Assembly: GCA_002433895.1 (NCBI GenBank)
Contig: DJJA01000001.1
Span: 15,438 to 79,437, forward strand
Source of the DNA: Candidatus Gottesmanbacteria bacterium UBA6580
GTDB taxonomy: Bacteria > Patescibacteriota > Microgenomatia > UBA10105 > UBA927
Length of the DNA: 64,000 nucleotides
Direction: 5' to 3'
The translations under genes and the position numbers were made by a program. The notes under the pieces were generated by a model, which did no database searches, was not told the DNA's origin, and saw nothing but the letters and a program-made list of their open reading frames with translations. This document shows positions 1-10,671 of this stretch, piece after piece. How positions within the stretch are numbered: the stretch's first letter is position 1; the number at the start of each line of letters is the position of its first letter.

Positions 1-3000
1 GATTTCTGGATTGCAAATAACAATGATGCGGATGGTGTCGATGACGATATATTCCAAATCGGCAAAGGCCTGGTAGTCGGCACCACCCCCCTCCTCACCC
101 TGACGACGACGGGATATGCCGGACTTGGCACAGCCACACCCAATGAAATGTTGAGTCTGATTACGAGCAGGGTTGTTGACCTTGCGGCCTTCTATGACGG
201 CGTGAACAACAAAATCTTCCAGATTGCCGACGGTGGAGAAATCGCTTTCAAACCCGCGGCGTTTGATACGGTAAAAACCTGTAGCGGCGCGTCATGTGTG
301 TCGGCAGATACGGGATCGTTTGCCAACAATACCACGGAGGCAAAATCCAACGCCGGAACACCTTTTGAAATACTCCCTGCTTCAGCTGCAGGATCAGGAT
401 CGTTCTATATCGGATTGGATCATCCATTCACCTCCATCAACATGGATATTGTTACCGCAAATGTCGGCATGTCTGCGATGGCAGTCGAGTATTGGAACGG
501 CGCGGCTTGGGCTACCGTCACACCGACCGATAACACGTCACTCCTTACGGTGGACGGTAGAATCACCTTTACGGCACCGACAGATTGGGCAACGACAACC
601 ATCGATAGCGTCACAAAGTACTACGTCCGTATCCGCAACTCGACCGGCACGATTACCACCGCGCCAACGGCATATTTCGTAAGCCCAACCACTAACACCC
701 GATTTGCTGTATACGCCCAAAGTGGTGATACGGATGCAGCGATTTATGTGAATGACAAAGGAAACGTGGGTATCGGCACAAATACTCCGACGAGTAAGCT
801 TACGATCGGCGGGGCGTCATCAACTATCACGAATTCAACCGGTGATATCACTATTAATGCTGCTTCTGATATTGTCGACTTTTCTGCGGACAGTCTCACC
901 GATATCACCAATATCGACATTGCCGGAAATTTTGGTGTCGATGATGCGACTCCGGATTATGGCATCGAAATATCTTCCGCTGCTTCCAGCGATCCGTCAT
1001 TCGCTCTCTCGGACGGAGATATCACCCACGGATTAACATCACTTGCCCAAACAGACGTTATACTTCACATTGTTCCCCTCTCTTCCACAGCAGGAGGCGC
1101 ACAAGTGACGGCAATCACAGAGAGTGACGCGCAAGCGTTAAGTATCCGGGGAGTCATCGGCTCCACCACTCCGGCAAATACCACACCTGCCATTAAAATC
1201 ATCGGTGGAAAAGCAAACGGAACCAGCATTGGCGATCTGGATGTAGACTCCACCCAGGGCGGCACCAATGCAGAAACGGTGTTCCAAATTGCCAACAATG
1301 ATGACACGGCAAGCTTTACCATGCTCGGCAATGGCAACATTGGTATTGGTAACCAGGTAACGCCGCTTGCTAAACTCCACGTCGTATCCAATCCCCTCTC
1401 CTCACTCTACACAACAGGTCGTGCTGCAGCCATTTTTGATCAATTTGAAAACCAGGATATTATCGCCGCCTCAGCATCAGGCGTCACCAAATTCAGAGTT
1501 GAAAATGATGGCGATGTCACGGGAGAACGGTTTGTGGATCTGGGTAACACGGCTGGCACCTATTATATCGATCCGGCAAACGGCACCACTTCTATCATGG
1601 TGGACGGCAACATCATCAGCGATGGTGCGTTTAGCATCACTTCAAACGCTACCAACGGTAACATCACCATCAATGCGGGAACTGGCGATATCATCCTGGG
1701 AACCGCCGACGGCACCGGTGCTGAAGTCTGTGTCAGCGTGGACGGTGCTACCTGTACCGGAAAAATCGACGCCGCCACTTTTGACCCTCCCTACACGATC
1801 GACGGGAAAAACTATGCTACGTATGCGCCCAGCATGACCGGTATCAAAGAAGAAACAGTCGGCAATATTCAGACTTCCACCTATGTCCCTGGCATCGGGT
1901 ACAAAGCAGAAATTAACTTCGGCAGTGTCCCGGTCGCATCCGATCTTTGGCTTTTCTCAAGAACTACCGATCTTAAAGTAAATGCCAACCAACTCGTGGT
2001 ACTGTTATCACCCTCTTCCGCTACCCGGGCTTGGTATGATTTTGATCCCGATGCGATGAGGCTGACGTTCTATACTTCGCGCCCAACAAATGTATCATAC
2101 CGCCTCACGGCGCCGAGGTTTGATTGGCAGAAATGGGCAAATACCCGCGCAGACGACGATCGCGCAGGTATGATGCTCAACTATGACAGCTCGTGGTTTA
2201 TGGGCGACGGATCGAACGGTACCCCTGAGGATCCACTTGCCAACCTCTCTATAGAAGAGGTGGATCCAACAACGATGACTTACCGTATCAAACACACCAA
2301 CGGTGACGTCATCGAGGATGCGGCCGCGTATGCCAGACTCCTGGTTGCCTCCATGCAAACAGGCATAATCAGTAGTATCAACGGCATATTTGGCAGAGTA
2401 GTTATTTCGGAAAGCGTCACGTCCCCGGTCGCTGAACTATCGAAAATCCGCACGGACACTATATCACCAATCGCAACCGAATCCGGCACTATAGATATCG
2501 CACTCAACAACACGCAGCGCCTAGAAATACAAAACACGGAAAGGGACGAAACCGTTACGTCATTTGATGCCCTCGGCAATGCCACATTCTCTGGCACCAT
2601 ATCCGCCGCAAGCGTTGATATTTCGGAAGATGCAACAATAGCCGGAGATATCACGAGCGACACCCTCACTACCCAAGAGGCAACCATCGCGGGTCAATTA
2701 TTTGCTGACCGCATTGTCACCAGTTTTGGCGATCTCGATACACGGTTCCAGTCTCTCGAAAATTCACTCAATACCTTAGGCACATCATCAGGACAACAAC
2801 CCACTCCACCACCATTAGGGTCATCCCTCGGAGACGCGGTAACGGTCAACGATGGGCATGTGACAGTAAATACCGACTTATTCGTCCTCGGAGACACGCT
2901 CCTTTCTAGCACGGCGATTACCGGCTCGCTCTTGATCGACGGCGTCATACGATTTACGCAAAATGTAATTGAAACAATCGGTGAAACGCTCTACATTCAA

Positions 3001-3624
3001 AAAAACAAACTTGCGAATGTTGATATTTTGGATGGCACCATCCTTATCGATATTTACAATAGAATATTTATGCGGGGCAACCTCGCCATCTCTGGTGATA
3101 CCACCGTCGGCGGCGTACTGGGAATAGGGACCATTTCCCCGGTTACCGGTGGCGATCTGACCATTAACCTAAGTAACGAAATTCCCAATCCATTCCTGGA
3201 AGAACAGGCGACGCCTTCATCCAGCTTTGCCGACCTCGTTATTAAAGGCGCAAACAATCAAACCGTTGCCGTTATTGACGCCTCTGGCAGCGCCACGTTT
3301 GCCGGCACCGTGGCGGCTGACTCGCTGGTTGCCTCAGGAAGTGCCACCGTACAGAAACTCAACATCAGTGCCGCCCCCACGTCCACTGAAAGCGCGGTAC
3401 CGTCAAATACCGTTGGCACCGGCACCCTTCCAGGGTACTTTACCGAAGTAACCATACTCTCAAGCCAAGTTGCAGCCGACTCTCTTGTGTATCTCACTCC
3501 ACTTTCCAGCACCGGCAATCAGGTATTATATGTGAAAGAAAAACTACCAGGTGTCGGATTTATCGTCGCTATCGACACATCGCTGACGACACCGATAAAC
3601 TTTAACTGGTGGATTATTAATTAA
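1..3624 (+). CDS. Large fibre-like repeat surface protein, 5' partial. The reading frame is open from base 1; the ORF track's M at 148 is internal.
   Basis: Frame 1 has no stop from position 1 to the TAA at 3622-3624. Composition is Gly/Thr/Ser/Asn-rich with recurring motifs such as GNVGIGTNTPTSKLTIGG and GNGNIGIGNQVTPLAKLHV, typical of phage tail-fibre-like or beta-helical surface fibres. The stop lies 2 nt before the next ATG at 3627. Confidence 0.7.
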   Translation, partial: DFWIANNNDADGVDDDIFQIGKGLVVGTTPLLTLTTTGYAGLGTATPNEMLSLITSRVVDLAAFYDGVNNKIFQIADGGEIAFKPAAFDTVKTCSGASCVSADTGSFANNTTEAKSNAGTPFEILPASAAGSGSFYIGLDHPFTSINMDIVTANVGMSAMAVEYWNGAAWATVTPTDNTSLLTVDGRITFTAPTDWATTTIDSVTKYYVRIRNSTGTITTAPTAYFVSPTTNTRFAVYAQSGDTDAAIYVNDKGNVGIGTNTPTSKLTIGGASSTITNSTGDITINAASDIVDFSADSLTDITNIDIAGNFGVDDATPDYGIEISSAASSDPSFALSDGDITHGLTSLAQTDVILHIVPLSSTAGGAQVTAITESDAQALSIRGVIGSTTPANTTPAIKIIGGKANGTSIGDLDVDSTQGGTNAETVFQIANNDDTASFTMLGNGNIGIGNQVTPLAKLHVVSNPLSSLYTTGRAAAIFDQFENQDIIAASASGVTKFRVENDGDVTGERFVDLGNTAGTYYIDPANGTTSIMVDGNIISDGAFSITSNATNGNITINAGTGDIILGTADGTGAEVCVSVDGATCTGKIDAATFDPPYTIDGKNYATYAPSMTGIKEETVGNIQTSTYVPGIGYKAEINFGSVPVASDLWLFSRTTDLKVNANQLVVLLSPSSATRAWYDFDPDAMRLTFYTSRPTNVSYRLTAPRFDWQKWANTRADDDRAGMMLNYDSSWFMGDGSNGTPEDPLANLSIEEVDPTTMTYRIKHTNGDVIEDAAAYARLLVASMQTGIISSINGIFGRVVISESVTSPVAELSKIRTDTISPIATESGTIDIALNNTQRLEIQNTERDETVTSFDALGNATFSGTISAASVDISEDATIAGDITSDTLTTQEATIAGQLFADRIVTSFGDLDTRFQSLENSLNTLGTSSGQQPTPPPLGSSLGDAVTVNDGHVTVNTDLFVLGDTLLSSTAITGSLLIDGVIRFTQNVIETIGETLYIQKNKLANVDILDGTILIDIYNRIFMRGNLAISGDTTVGGVLGIGTISPVTGGDLTINLSNEIPNPFLEEQATPSSSFADLVIKGANNQTVAVIDASGSATFAGTVAADSLVASGSATVQKLNISAAPTSTESAVPSNTVGTGTLPGYFTEVTILSSQVAADSLVYLTPLSSTGNQVLYVKEKLPGVGFIVAIDTSLTTPINFNWWIIN

Positions 3625-3626
3625 CT

Positions 3627-6600
3627 ATGAAACATCGGCATAAGGCACATACAATGGTGATAAAAATTGCACGGCACGCCGTCCGCTGGCTGCTCCATCG
3701 CAACATAATCCTTGTACTCATACTCGCCATTCCCCTTGCTGTCGCGGCTCCTTCGCTTGTCCGAATGATCACGGCAAAAAACACATCGGTAGTGAAAAAA
3801 TCGCCCTTTTCCGACCGGTTCACCATCCGTCATGCCTCAGGCGATCTCACGAGTAACCTGGAAGCCAAAAAACAGGACGTTTCCCTCACGGTGTCCCGGG
3901 GTCAAGCCAAGGCGACCTTTGCCATGGCAGTTTCCCCAGCTAACACTACGCACACGAAAGATGAAATTGTGTACACCGCCAAAGACGGTCTCCGTATGCG
4001 CTACCAACCGATCCAAAACGGCATCAAAGAAGAAATCATCCTCGATAAACCCATGGGAAGAAGCACCTTCCTCTCCACCCTTTCGGTCGCAAATGTGCGC
4101 CCCATCGTCACCCCGGAAGGACAGATTGTCTTCGTCGATCAAAACGGTACGTACCAATTCCACATAATGCAGCCCTTTGCCATCGACGCCAACGGCACGG
4201 TCACCCGGAATATCCGTTACCGGCTCACCGACGCCGCTGATGTTTATAAAAAACTATCGAAAGATATAAATCAGCATACCTATATATCACAACAGCTCCT
4301 CGGGCCGGTGCCGCAACCGTCAGGGCCAGGTATCGCCGAACGCTCCTATATGCTCGTACTCGACATGGATCCGTCATGGCTATCGGATCCTTCACGCGCG
4401 TATCCCGTCACGATCGACCCGACGGTCGTCCATGATACGACCAGCGAGTTTGCGACCGGCACCATGAACCGTGTTAAAGACACCGGCAGCGGCAGTGCAC
4501 CTTATCTAGAGTCATACTACCAACCGCTTATCGCAGACAGACACACTGTGGGTCTTTGGCACCTGGATGAAGCGAGCGGCGATGCGACCGACGCAAGCGG
4601 CAACAGCCTCACGGGCACAAACACAGGTAGCACCGCAACCACGGGCGTTTTTAGTAACGGCAGAAGTTTTGATGGATCCGGAAACAAAATTATCGTTGCT
4701 CACTCTGCAAAATTTCCTACGGTAGAGCGCACCGTAGAAGCATGGGTAAAAATCACAAGCACTACTTCTGCAGATAGACTACTAATGGGCGAGGGATCTG
4801 AGCATTGGTTTACCTATGACGGAGCCACCTGGGGTTGCGCCGCAGGTCAAATCGGGTATATGGTCTGGATCAACTCGGCATGGTCATGTGTAAGCGGTTT
4901 TACCCCAAGCCTTAACCGCTGGTATCACATTGCCGGTACCTATAACGGCAACACGATCCAACTCTATGTTGACGGTGTGTTGATAAACAAAGTATCCAAC
5001 ACAGGCTCTTTTACGCCAGCGTCAAACTCATTTGACATAGGTAACTACTCAGGCGGCGGATATGGGCTCCCCATTGTGCTTGATGACGTAAGACTCAGCA
5101 ATGTCGCCCGATCAGCAGAAGACATCAAGTCAAGCGCTTCTCGGAGATCCCACGCAATCTACATGTCTGATATTCTCGATCTCACCGGCGGCACCTCCAG
5201 CCTTATGCAATGGAACTCTTTTTCATGGAACGAGCTTGGAGTGGCAACCGGCGACGGTGAAAGCCTCAAAGACACCACAAGCCTATACGCACAGTGGAAT
5301 CTGAACGAAACTAGTGGCACAACCGCAGTCAATGCCGCCGGCTCATGCGGAGTGTCATGTAATGGCACACTTACCAATTTTGCCTCCACCAGCTCCCAAG
5401 ACCAGGCTGCGGGCACCGGATGGACAACGGCTAATAAGCGTTGGGGGGCGGGTTCGCTTATGTTTGACGGCGCCGACGATTGGATCAGTGTCGCAAGTAA
5501 CCCGCTTACTAACTCGTATGTCACCATCAATACCTGGATAAAGACATCTAAAATTTCAGCTTCTCGAACGATTATCGATATAAACACGGCAGCAAATGCC
5601 GGAGGCATGCTGCTTAATTTTCGTTCAGACTGTCCAATGTCATTAGGTATTGCCATGAGCTGGAGAGATGCCGCTTGGGTTTCGGGTGCCTATCCATTTA
5701 TTTGTGGCTCAAGAATTGACGATGGCCGATGGCACATGGTTACCGGCGTCTATGACAGTCAAGGAGCTAAATTATATGTTGATGGTATCCTCGCAAACTC
5801 CAGCACTCGAAACTCAACACTGAGTAATCAAAGTCAAACAATCAATATCGGCAAACTCGTGAATCAAGCAGCAGGTGCAGGATATAACTTTAATGGAGTC
5901 ATTGATGCCACTACGATATACTCCCGCGCCCTCACAGCAGCTGAAATTTTAAGTAATTACAACGCCAGTAACATTGAGTTTCAAACCCGTGTGGGAAACT
6001 CTTCCAGTCCCGATGACGGCAGCTGGGAGGCCTGGCGTCCGACAACAAGTGAAACACTTATTGAGGGTTTTGAAAACAATGAGGATAACACGCGGGTCTA
6101 CGAAATGGGCTTTAGTGCGCCTGGTATCAATCCTACTTGGGCAAAGAAAAACAACGCGGTTCCCGCCAATTCTGATACCACCACCAGCGATGGCCGTATT
6201 CCCCTGGGCACAAATGGCACTGGTGATGACACACACGCTTATGGTCCCGCACTACTCAAAGACGGAGCAACCTATAAAATGTGGTATTCGGGTTCTGATG
6301 GCGCAACACTACGCATTTATTACGCAACCAGTAGCGACGGCCTTACCTGGACCAAATACAACAATGCCATCCCGAGCACATCAGATACCACCACCAGCGA
6401 TGGCCGTATTCCCCTGGGCACAAATGGCACTGGTGATGACGCCCATACAGGGTATCCTACAGTGATAAAAGATGGATCCACTTATAAAATGTGGTATTCG
6501 GGACACGATGGAAGCGCGTGGCGTATCTTCTATGCGACCAGCAGCGACGGCCTCACCTGGACCAAATACAACAATGCGATTGAATCACCAAGTAATACAA

Positions 6601-9600
6601 CAGGCACGCAAGGACGCATACCACTCGGCTCAAGCGGGGGCGACACCAGCCAAACAGTAGCTCCCACTGTCATAAAGGACGGATCCACCTATAAAATGTG
6701 GTATTCAGGAAGTGATGGTACTAATTGGAGAATATATCATGCTACCAGCAGCGACGGCCTTACCTGGACGAAATATGATAATTCCATCCCTGCCGCAAGT
6801 GATAGCACAAGCACAAACGGTAGGATCCCTCTTGGCAGCACCGGAGTCGATACAGTCCACTCATATATATTTTCTGTCATAAAAGACGGTCCAGTTTACA
6901 AGGGATGGTATTCCATGCAGGACGCATCAAATACGTACGTCGGATATGTCAGCTCCCTCGATGGACTCAGTTGGAGAAAATATCACAACGCTGCGCCGAC
7001 GGCAAGCAACACCACCTCCACAAATGGACGCATTGCTCGGGGTGCCTCCGGCGGAGATGTTACTCATGCGTTTTCACCTGCCGTTATCAAAGACGGAGCT
7101 GTGTATAAGGTTTGGTATGCAGGATATGACTCCACAAACTGGAGAATCTATCATGCGAGTATGAAGTCGATTACACTAAGTCAAAACACTGAATCCGTAA
7201 TCAAGCAAGAATCGAGTTATTCAGAAAAATTCACGACCGCTCCCCAAGCGGACGGAAGCGTTGTGGGACTCTGGCACCTCGATGAAACCGGTGGCACTGG
7301 TGCATATATCAAAGACAGCAGTGGCAACGCCAATCATGGCACTCCGACAGGAACCACCTTAAGCATGGGTAAATTCAACAAGGCGCGCACGTTTGACGGA
7401 AACAATGACTATATAGACCTTGGTACCGGTGCGACATTTGATTTTGGAAACAACGGCCCTTTCACCCATAGCGGATGGGTAAACATTACCACCATGCTCA
7501 ACTATGCTGGCTTTGTCAGCAAGGTTGTGACAGGTCGTGGCGGAACCTACTCATATATGACCGTCGTCATGGCGGACGGCAGCATGGCTGCCTATACAGG
7601 AGCTGCGTGGGTCACCCCCTGTCCTGCAGGTTCCGTAAGTGCCGGTCGTTGGCAACATATCGCGTTTTCATATGACGGCACCAACATTACTGGGTATGTT
7701 AATGGGGTATCGTGCGGTTCAATTGCCTTTACCTACACAGACAACACGGCACACAATCTATACATCGGCAGTTGGTATTCACCCTCAACTATCTATGATT
7801 TTAACGGCCAAATCGATGAGGTAGTCACCTCCAAAGCGGCTCGATCGGGGGAAGAAATCGCTGAAGAATATCGCCTCGGTCGCGATCATTATATGACAAA
7901 AACAATCAGCAGCACAGACCTTTCGGGAAAAAAATCACTACCTTTTAATATCGCCGCTGATCGGCCCGGCACCTATCTCCAAACAGTTGTCGGTGAAAGC
8001 GACTATGTTAACTATCAGCCGGACAGCAGCACGGGTGGATTCTGGCATTTTGATGAAACGATAAGTCCGGTCAAAGACGCTGCCGGAAAAGTAAATGGCT
8101 CAATAACAGGCACTACGTCGGTTCAAGGTAAAATCGGAAGAGGTCGCTATTTTAATGGCACAAGCGACTATGTCGCTATCGCTGATGTACCAACCCTCAA
8201 TCCTTCGTCACAAATCACCGCAGAGGCATGGATCCGCACCACGGGCACCGGCAGCAACCTTGCAATCCTTGGAAAAACCACCGGATGTGCCTCATCCGGC
8301 TATCTCCTGTGGCTTAATGAAAACGGTGTGGGTGCCGGTCTCCCTGGATTTTTTATTGGCGCAGGGGCGTGGCTTGACGGGACCATAGCGGTGAACGACG
8401 GCAAATGGCATCATATCGTGGGCACATTCGACGGGAGCACGGCAAGACTCTATATAGATGGTGCACTCAACGCGAGTGGCGCACGAAGCGGCACACTCAC
8501 TTCTACCACGCAACTACAGATAGGGGGGCAAACCACTGGGGCGGGATGTACTGGAGGACTTTGGTTTCCTGGTGACATAGATGAAGTTCGCATCAGTTCT
8601 ACCGCACGCTCCGCGGCAGAAATACGACAGGCATTCGAAATTGGACTCCGTAGCCACGCTGTAACCATCGACTTTGCCGCGGCGCTTGACAGCGGTAATC
8701 TCATCACGGGAAGCGGTGATACCGGTTTTACTATTGATGCGACGACTCATGGGTTGGGCAGCAAGGGCAGCGGATTATATCTCAGTGACAAGCTGATCGT
8801 ACGCGAAAACTATGACGGTACCGAATACATTGCCCAGGGCACAGTAACTGCGGTGACCACAAGCACCGGAGCCGTGACAGTTGCGTCGTGGGACACAGGA
8901 AGCACCTTCCCCTCCGGGGGCTATACGGCAAACGCTTCGATATTTAAATGGCAACGTGAATTTTGGAATATTGACAGTGGTGCTCCGGATGATGCGGTTG
9001 ACGCGGTCACGAATCTGACCCTACGGCTTACCGACGGCATTGAAGGCCGCACCATTTGGCTTGACGATTTCCGCAGTGCGGGAGATTACTTGACTACACC
9101 GGCGGGATCAACAATCACGAGTTCCACGGGTAACCGATACATACAGTATCGCGCAATTCTCCACTCATCTGACGAAGCCGTGTCGCCACAACTGACCTCG
9201 GTGACCCTTGATTACCGGACGAATGTCGCACCGTCGGCACCTACCAACATCCTTACTGAAGGAGCGGCAAACCCGACGGGTGTGATCGATACCACCCCGG
9301 AATTTTCCGCTATCTATGTTGACGGCGATAGCGGGGATATCGCGAATAAATACCGCATACAGGTTGATGATAACAGTAATTTTTTGTCCGTCCTTTGGGA
9401 TTCGGGTGCTTCGGGCACAAGCATGGCCAACTGCACTGCAGGCAACCGGTGTGCAGACGTTTCGTATGCGGGAAGCTCCCTCACACAGGGAACCACCTAT
9501 TACGTACGGTTTGCTTTCTGGGACGATGATAACACCGAAGGGGCATGGTCATCGGAATCCGCATTATTTACCATGAATGCCGCGCAATCTGCGCCGACGC

Positions 9601-10007
9601 TCGACTCCCCTTCCAATGGAGCGACAAACCGCATCCTAACCGTGAGCCTGAAAACTACGGGAACTGATACCGACGGTGATTACCTCCGCTACAAAATCGA
9701 ACTCTGTACAAATGTAGGGATGACCGCAAACTGCCAAACCTTCGACCAAACAAGTAGCCAAACCGGCTGGAGCGGTCAAAACACCCAAACAAGCACGGCA
9801 TACACCTCTGGCACGCAGGCGACGTACACAATCCAAACCCCCCTCACCGTAAGCACCACCTATTATTGGCGAAGCTACAGCATCGATCCCGGCGGCACCA
9901 ACACCTGGTCGCCGACCCAAGGTGCCCCCTACTCCTTCACCACGACCGATGGGACGACCAATTTCACCGTAGAAGGACTGCAACTTGATGGCATCAATCT
10001 AGACTGA
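3627..10007 (+). CDS. Giant membrane-anchored surface protein with four LamG (concanavalin-A-like) domains, a 5-bladed beta-propeller and C-terminal FN3-like modules
   Basis: N-terminal signal-anchor (ILVLILAIPLAVAAPSLV). Four LamG_3-like cores: LWHLDEASGDATDASGNS, QWNLNETSGTT, LWHLDETGGTGAYIKDSSGNANHG, FWHFDETISPVKDAAGKVNGS. Five ~70-aa blades of the form DGSTYKMWYSGxDGxxWRIYYATSSDGLTW (Asp-box-like SxDGxTW). Fibronectin-III-like C-terminus (APSAPTNILTE...YYVRFAFWDD). Confidence 0.85.
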   Translation: MKHRHKAHTMVIKIARHAVRWLLHRNIILVLILAIPLAVAAPSLVRMITAKNTSVVKKSPFSDRFTIRHASGDLTSNLEAKKQDVSLTVSRGQAKATFAMAVSPANTTHTKDEIVYTAKDGLRMRYQPIQNGIKEEIILDKPMGRSTFLSTLSVANVRPIVTPEGQIVFVDQNGTYQFHIMQPFAIDANGTVTRNIRYRLTDAADVYKKLSKDINQHTYISQQLLGPVPQPSGPGIAERSYMLVLDMDPSWLSDPSRAYPVTIDPTVVHDTTSEFATGTMNRVKDTGSGSAPYLESYYQPLIADRHTVGLWHLDEASGDATDASGNSLTGTNTGSTATTGVFSNGRSFDGSGNKIIVAHSAKFPTVERTVEAWVKITSTTSADRLLMGEGSEHWFTYDGATWGCAAGQIGYMVWINSAWSCVSGFTPSLNRWYHIAGTYNGNTIQLYVDGVLINKVSNTGSFTPASNSFDIGNYSGGGYGLPIVLDDVRLSNVARSAEDIKSSASRRSHAIYMSDILDLTGGTSSLMQWNSFSWNELGVATGDGESLKDTTSLYAQWNLNETSGTTAVNAAGSCGVSCNGTLTNFASTSSQDQAAGTGWTTANKRWGAGSLMFDGADDWISVASNPLTNSYVTINTWIKTSKISASRTIIDINTAANAGGMLLNFRSDCPMSLGIAMSWRDAAWVSGAYPFICGSRIDDGRWHMVTGVYDSQGAKLYVDGILANSSTRNSTLSNQSQTINIGKLVNQAAGAGYNFNGVIDATTIYSRALTAAEILSNYNASNIEFQTRVGNSSSPDDGSWEAWRPTTSETLIEGFENNEDNTRVYEMGFSAPGINPTWAKKNNAVPANSDTTTSDGRIPLGTNGTGDDTHAYGPALLKDGATYKMWYSGSDGATLRIYYATSSDGLTWTKYNNAIPSTSDTTTSDGRIPLGTNGTGDDAHTGYPTVIKDGSTYKMWYSGHDGSAWRIFYATSSDGLTWTKYNNAIESPSNTTGTQGRIPLGSSGGDTSQTVAPTVIKDGSTYKMWYSGSDGTNWRIYHATSSDGLTWTKYDNSIPAASDSTSTNGRIPLGSTGVDTVHSYIFSVIKDGPVYKGWYSMQDASNTYVGYVSSLDGLSWRKYHNAAPTASNTTSTNGRIARGASGGDVTHAFSPAVIKDGAVYKVWYAGYDSTNWRIYHASMKSITLSQNTESVIKQESSYSEKFTTAPQADGSVVGLWHLDETGGTGAYIKDSSGNANHGTPTGTTLSMGKFNKARTFDGNNDYIDLGTGATFDFGNNGPFTHSGWVNITTMLNYAGFVSKVVTGRGGTYSYMTVVMADGSMAAYTGAAWVTPCPAGSVSAGRWQHIAFSYDGTNITGYVNGVSCGSIAFTYTDNTAHNLYIGSWYSPSTIYDFNGQIDEVVTSKAARSGEEIAEEYRLGRDHYMTKTISSTDLSGKKSLPFNIAADRPGTYLQTVVGESDYVNYQPDSSTGGFWHFDETISPVKDAAGKVNGSITGTTSVQGKIGRGRYFNGTSDYVAIADVPTLNPSSQITAEAWIRTTGTGSNLAILGKTTGCASSGYLLWLNENGVGAGLPGFFIGAGAWLDGTIAVNDGKWHHIVGTFDGSTARLYIDGALNASGARSGTLTSTTQLQIGGQTTGAGCTGGLWFPGDIDEVRISSTARSAAEIRQAFEIGLRSHAVTIDFAAALDSGNLITGSGDTGFTIDATTHGLGSKGSGLYLSDKLIVRENYDGTEYIAQGTVTAVTTSTGAVTVASWDTGSTFPSGGYTANASIFKWQREFWNIDSGAPDDAVDAVTNLTLRLTDGIEGRTIWLDDFRSAGDYLTTPAGSTITSSTGNRYIQYRAILHSSDEAVSPQLTSVTLDYRTNVAPSAPTNILTEGAANPTGVIDTTPEFSAIYVDGDSGDIANKYRIQVDDNSNFLSVLWDSGASGTSMANCTAGNRCADVSYAGSSLTQGTTYYVRFAFWDDDNTEGAWSSESALFTMNAAQSAPTLDSPSNGATNRILTVSLKTTGTDTDGDYLRYKIELCTNVGMTANCQTFDQTSSQTGWSGQNTQTSTAYTSGTQATYTIQTPLTVSTTYYWRSYSIDPGGTNTWSPTQGAPYSFTTTDGTTNFTVEGLQLDGINLD
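6121..7170 (+). repeat. Intragenic tandem DNA repeats, period 210 bp (70 aa), encoding the five beta-propeller blades of the LamG giant protein
   Basis: A 57-nt string gataccaccaccagcgatggccgtattcccctgggcacaaatggcactggtgatgac occurs identically at 6174-6230 and 6384-6440. agcgacggcctyacctggaccaaatacaacaatgc recurs at ~6333, ~6543 and, degenerate, ~6751. Confidence 0.8.
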
Positions 10008-10110
10008 TGTCACCTTCGATGCATTTAGATATATTACAAGCAATAATGATAGAGTTGACAACGCCCGGATTAAATAATGTATTCTTTACAAGAATGATCA
10101 TGAAGGTTGT

Positions 10111-10671
10111 GTGTATTCTGCCATGAAATCATCTGCCAAACAGGCATCACAAAGTCAAGTTGTTTCCGCTCTCATTGCGATTGCAGTTATAGTCGGTGCA
10201 ACGGCGTTTGCCTGGCTATGGATTCAGAAACAACAACCCACCGTTGATGAAACTGAAACCCAGGAGCTTGCGGCCGGAGAAGCAACTCCTCCACCTACTC
10301 CAACACCAACGCCTACCAAATTGTTCCACGGCAAAGATACGTATATTGTCAGCCGGGGCTCCCAAGCCACGGGTCCGAATGTCTCGGAAATCACCTTTGA
10401 TCCACTTGATCCGGCAGTGGGAGGACAACAAATCATTTCAGTAAAAGCCTCTTACAGTACGGCTATTTCTGATGTGTCTGTCAAACTCAGAACGGACACC
10501 AAAACAACAACACTCAAACTTGAACTTGCCGAGGGAACAAACCTTGGTGGCACATGGAAGACCACCTGGACTATCCCGGAAACCTATCTTTATAACTATG
10601 CGGCAACCATAGAGGCAACAAGCGGCAACGAAGTGACCACCATCCCAGTGATTATTCGCGAAAGAAAATGA
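10111..10671 (+). CDS. Small membrane-anchored protein with PT-rich linker (alternative start 10123)
   Basis: TM helix VVSALIAIAVIVGATAFAWLWI, then a PPPTPTPTPT linker and a ~110-aa beta-rich domain. The stop overlaps the next start as ATGA at 10668-10671. Confidence 0.6.
   Translation: MYSAMKSSAKQASQSQVVSALIAIAVIVGATAFAWLWIQKQQPTVDETETQELAAGEATPPPTPTPTPTKLFHGKDTYIVSRGSQATGPNVSEITFDPLDPAVGGQQIISVKASYSTAISDVSVKLRTDTKTTTLKLELAEGTNLGGTWKTTWTIPETYLYNYAATIEATSGNEVTTIPVIIRERK

Noticed and set aside
296-1837. Several 60-160-aa ORFs (296..682, 752..1036, 1367..1837, plus minus-strand ORFs) nested inside the first giant gene
   Set aside because: They are alternative-frame shadows of a long, compositionally consistent repeat-protein ORF. 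Their translations are Arg/Pro/Ser-rich low-complexity sequences typical of out-of-frame reading.
5159-6465. ORFs 5159..5656 (minus) and 5974..6465 (plus) inside the LamG giant gene
   Set aside because: Shadow ORFs. The plus-strand one is simply the repeat region read in another frame. It shows the same internal duplication (PPPAMAVFPWAQMALVMT occurring twice), which is a repeat artefact.
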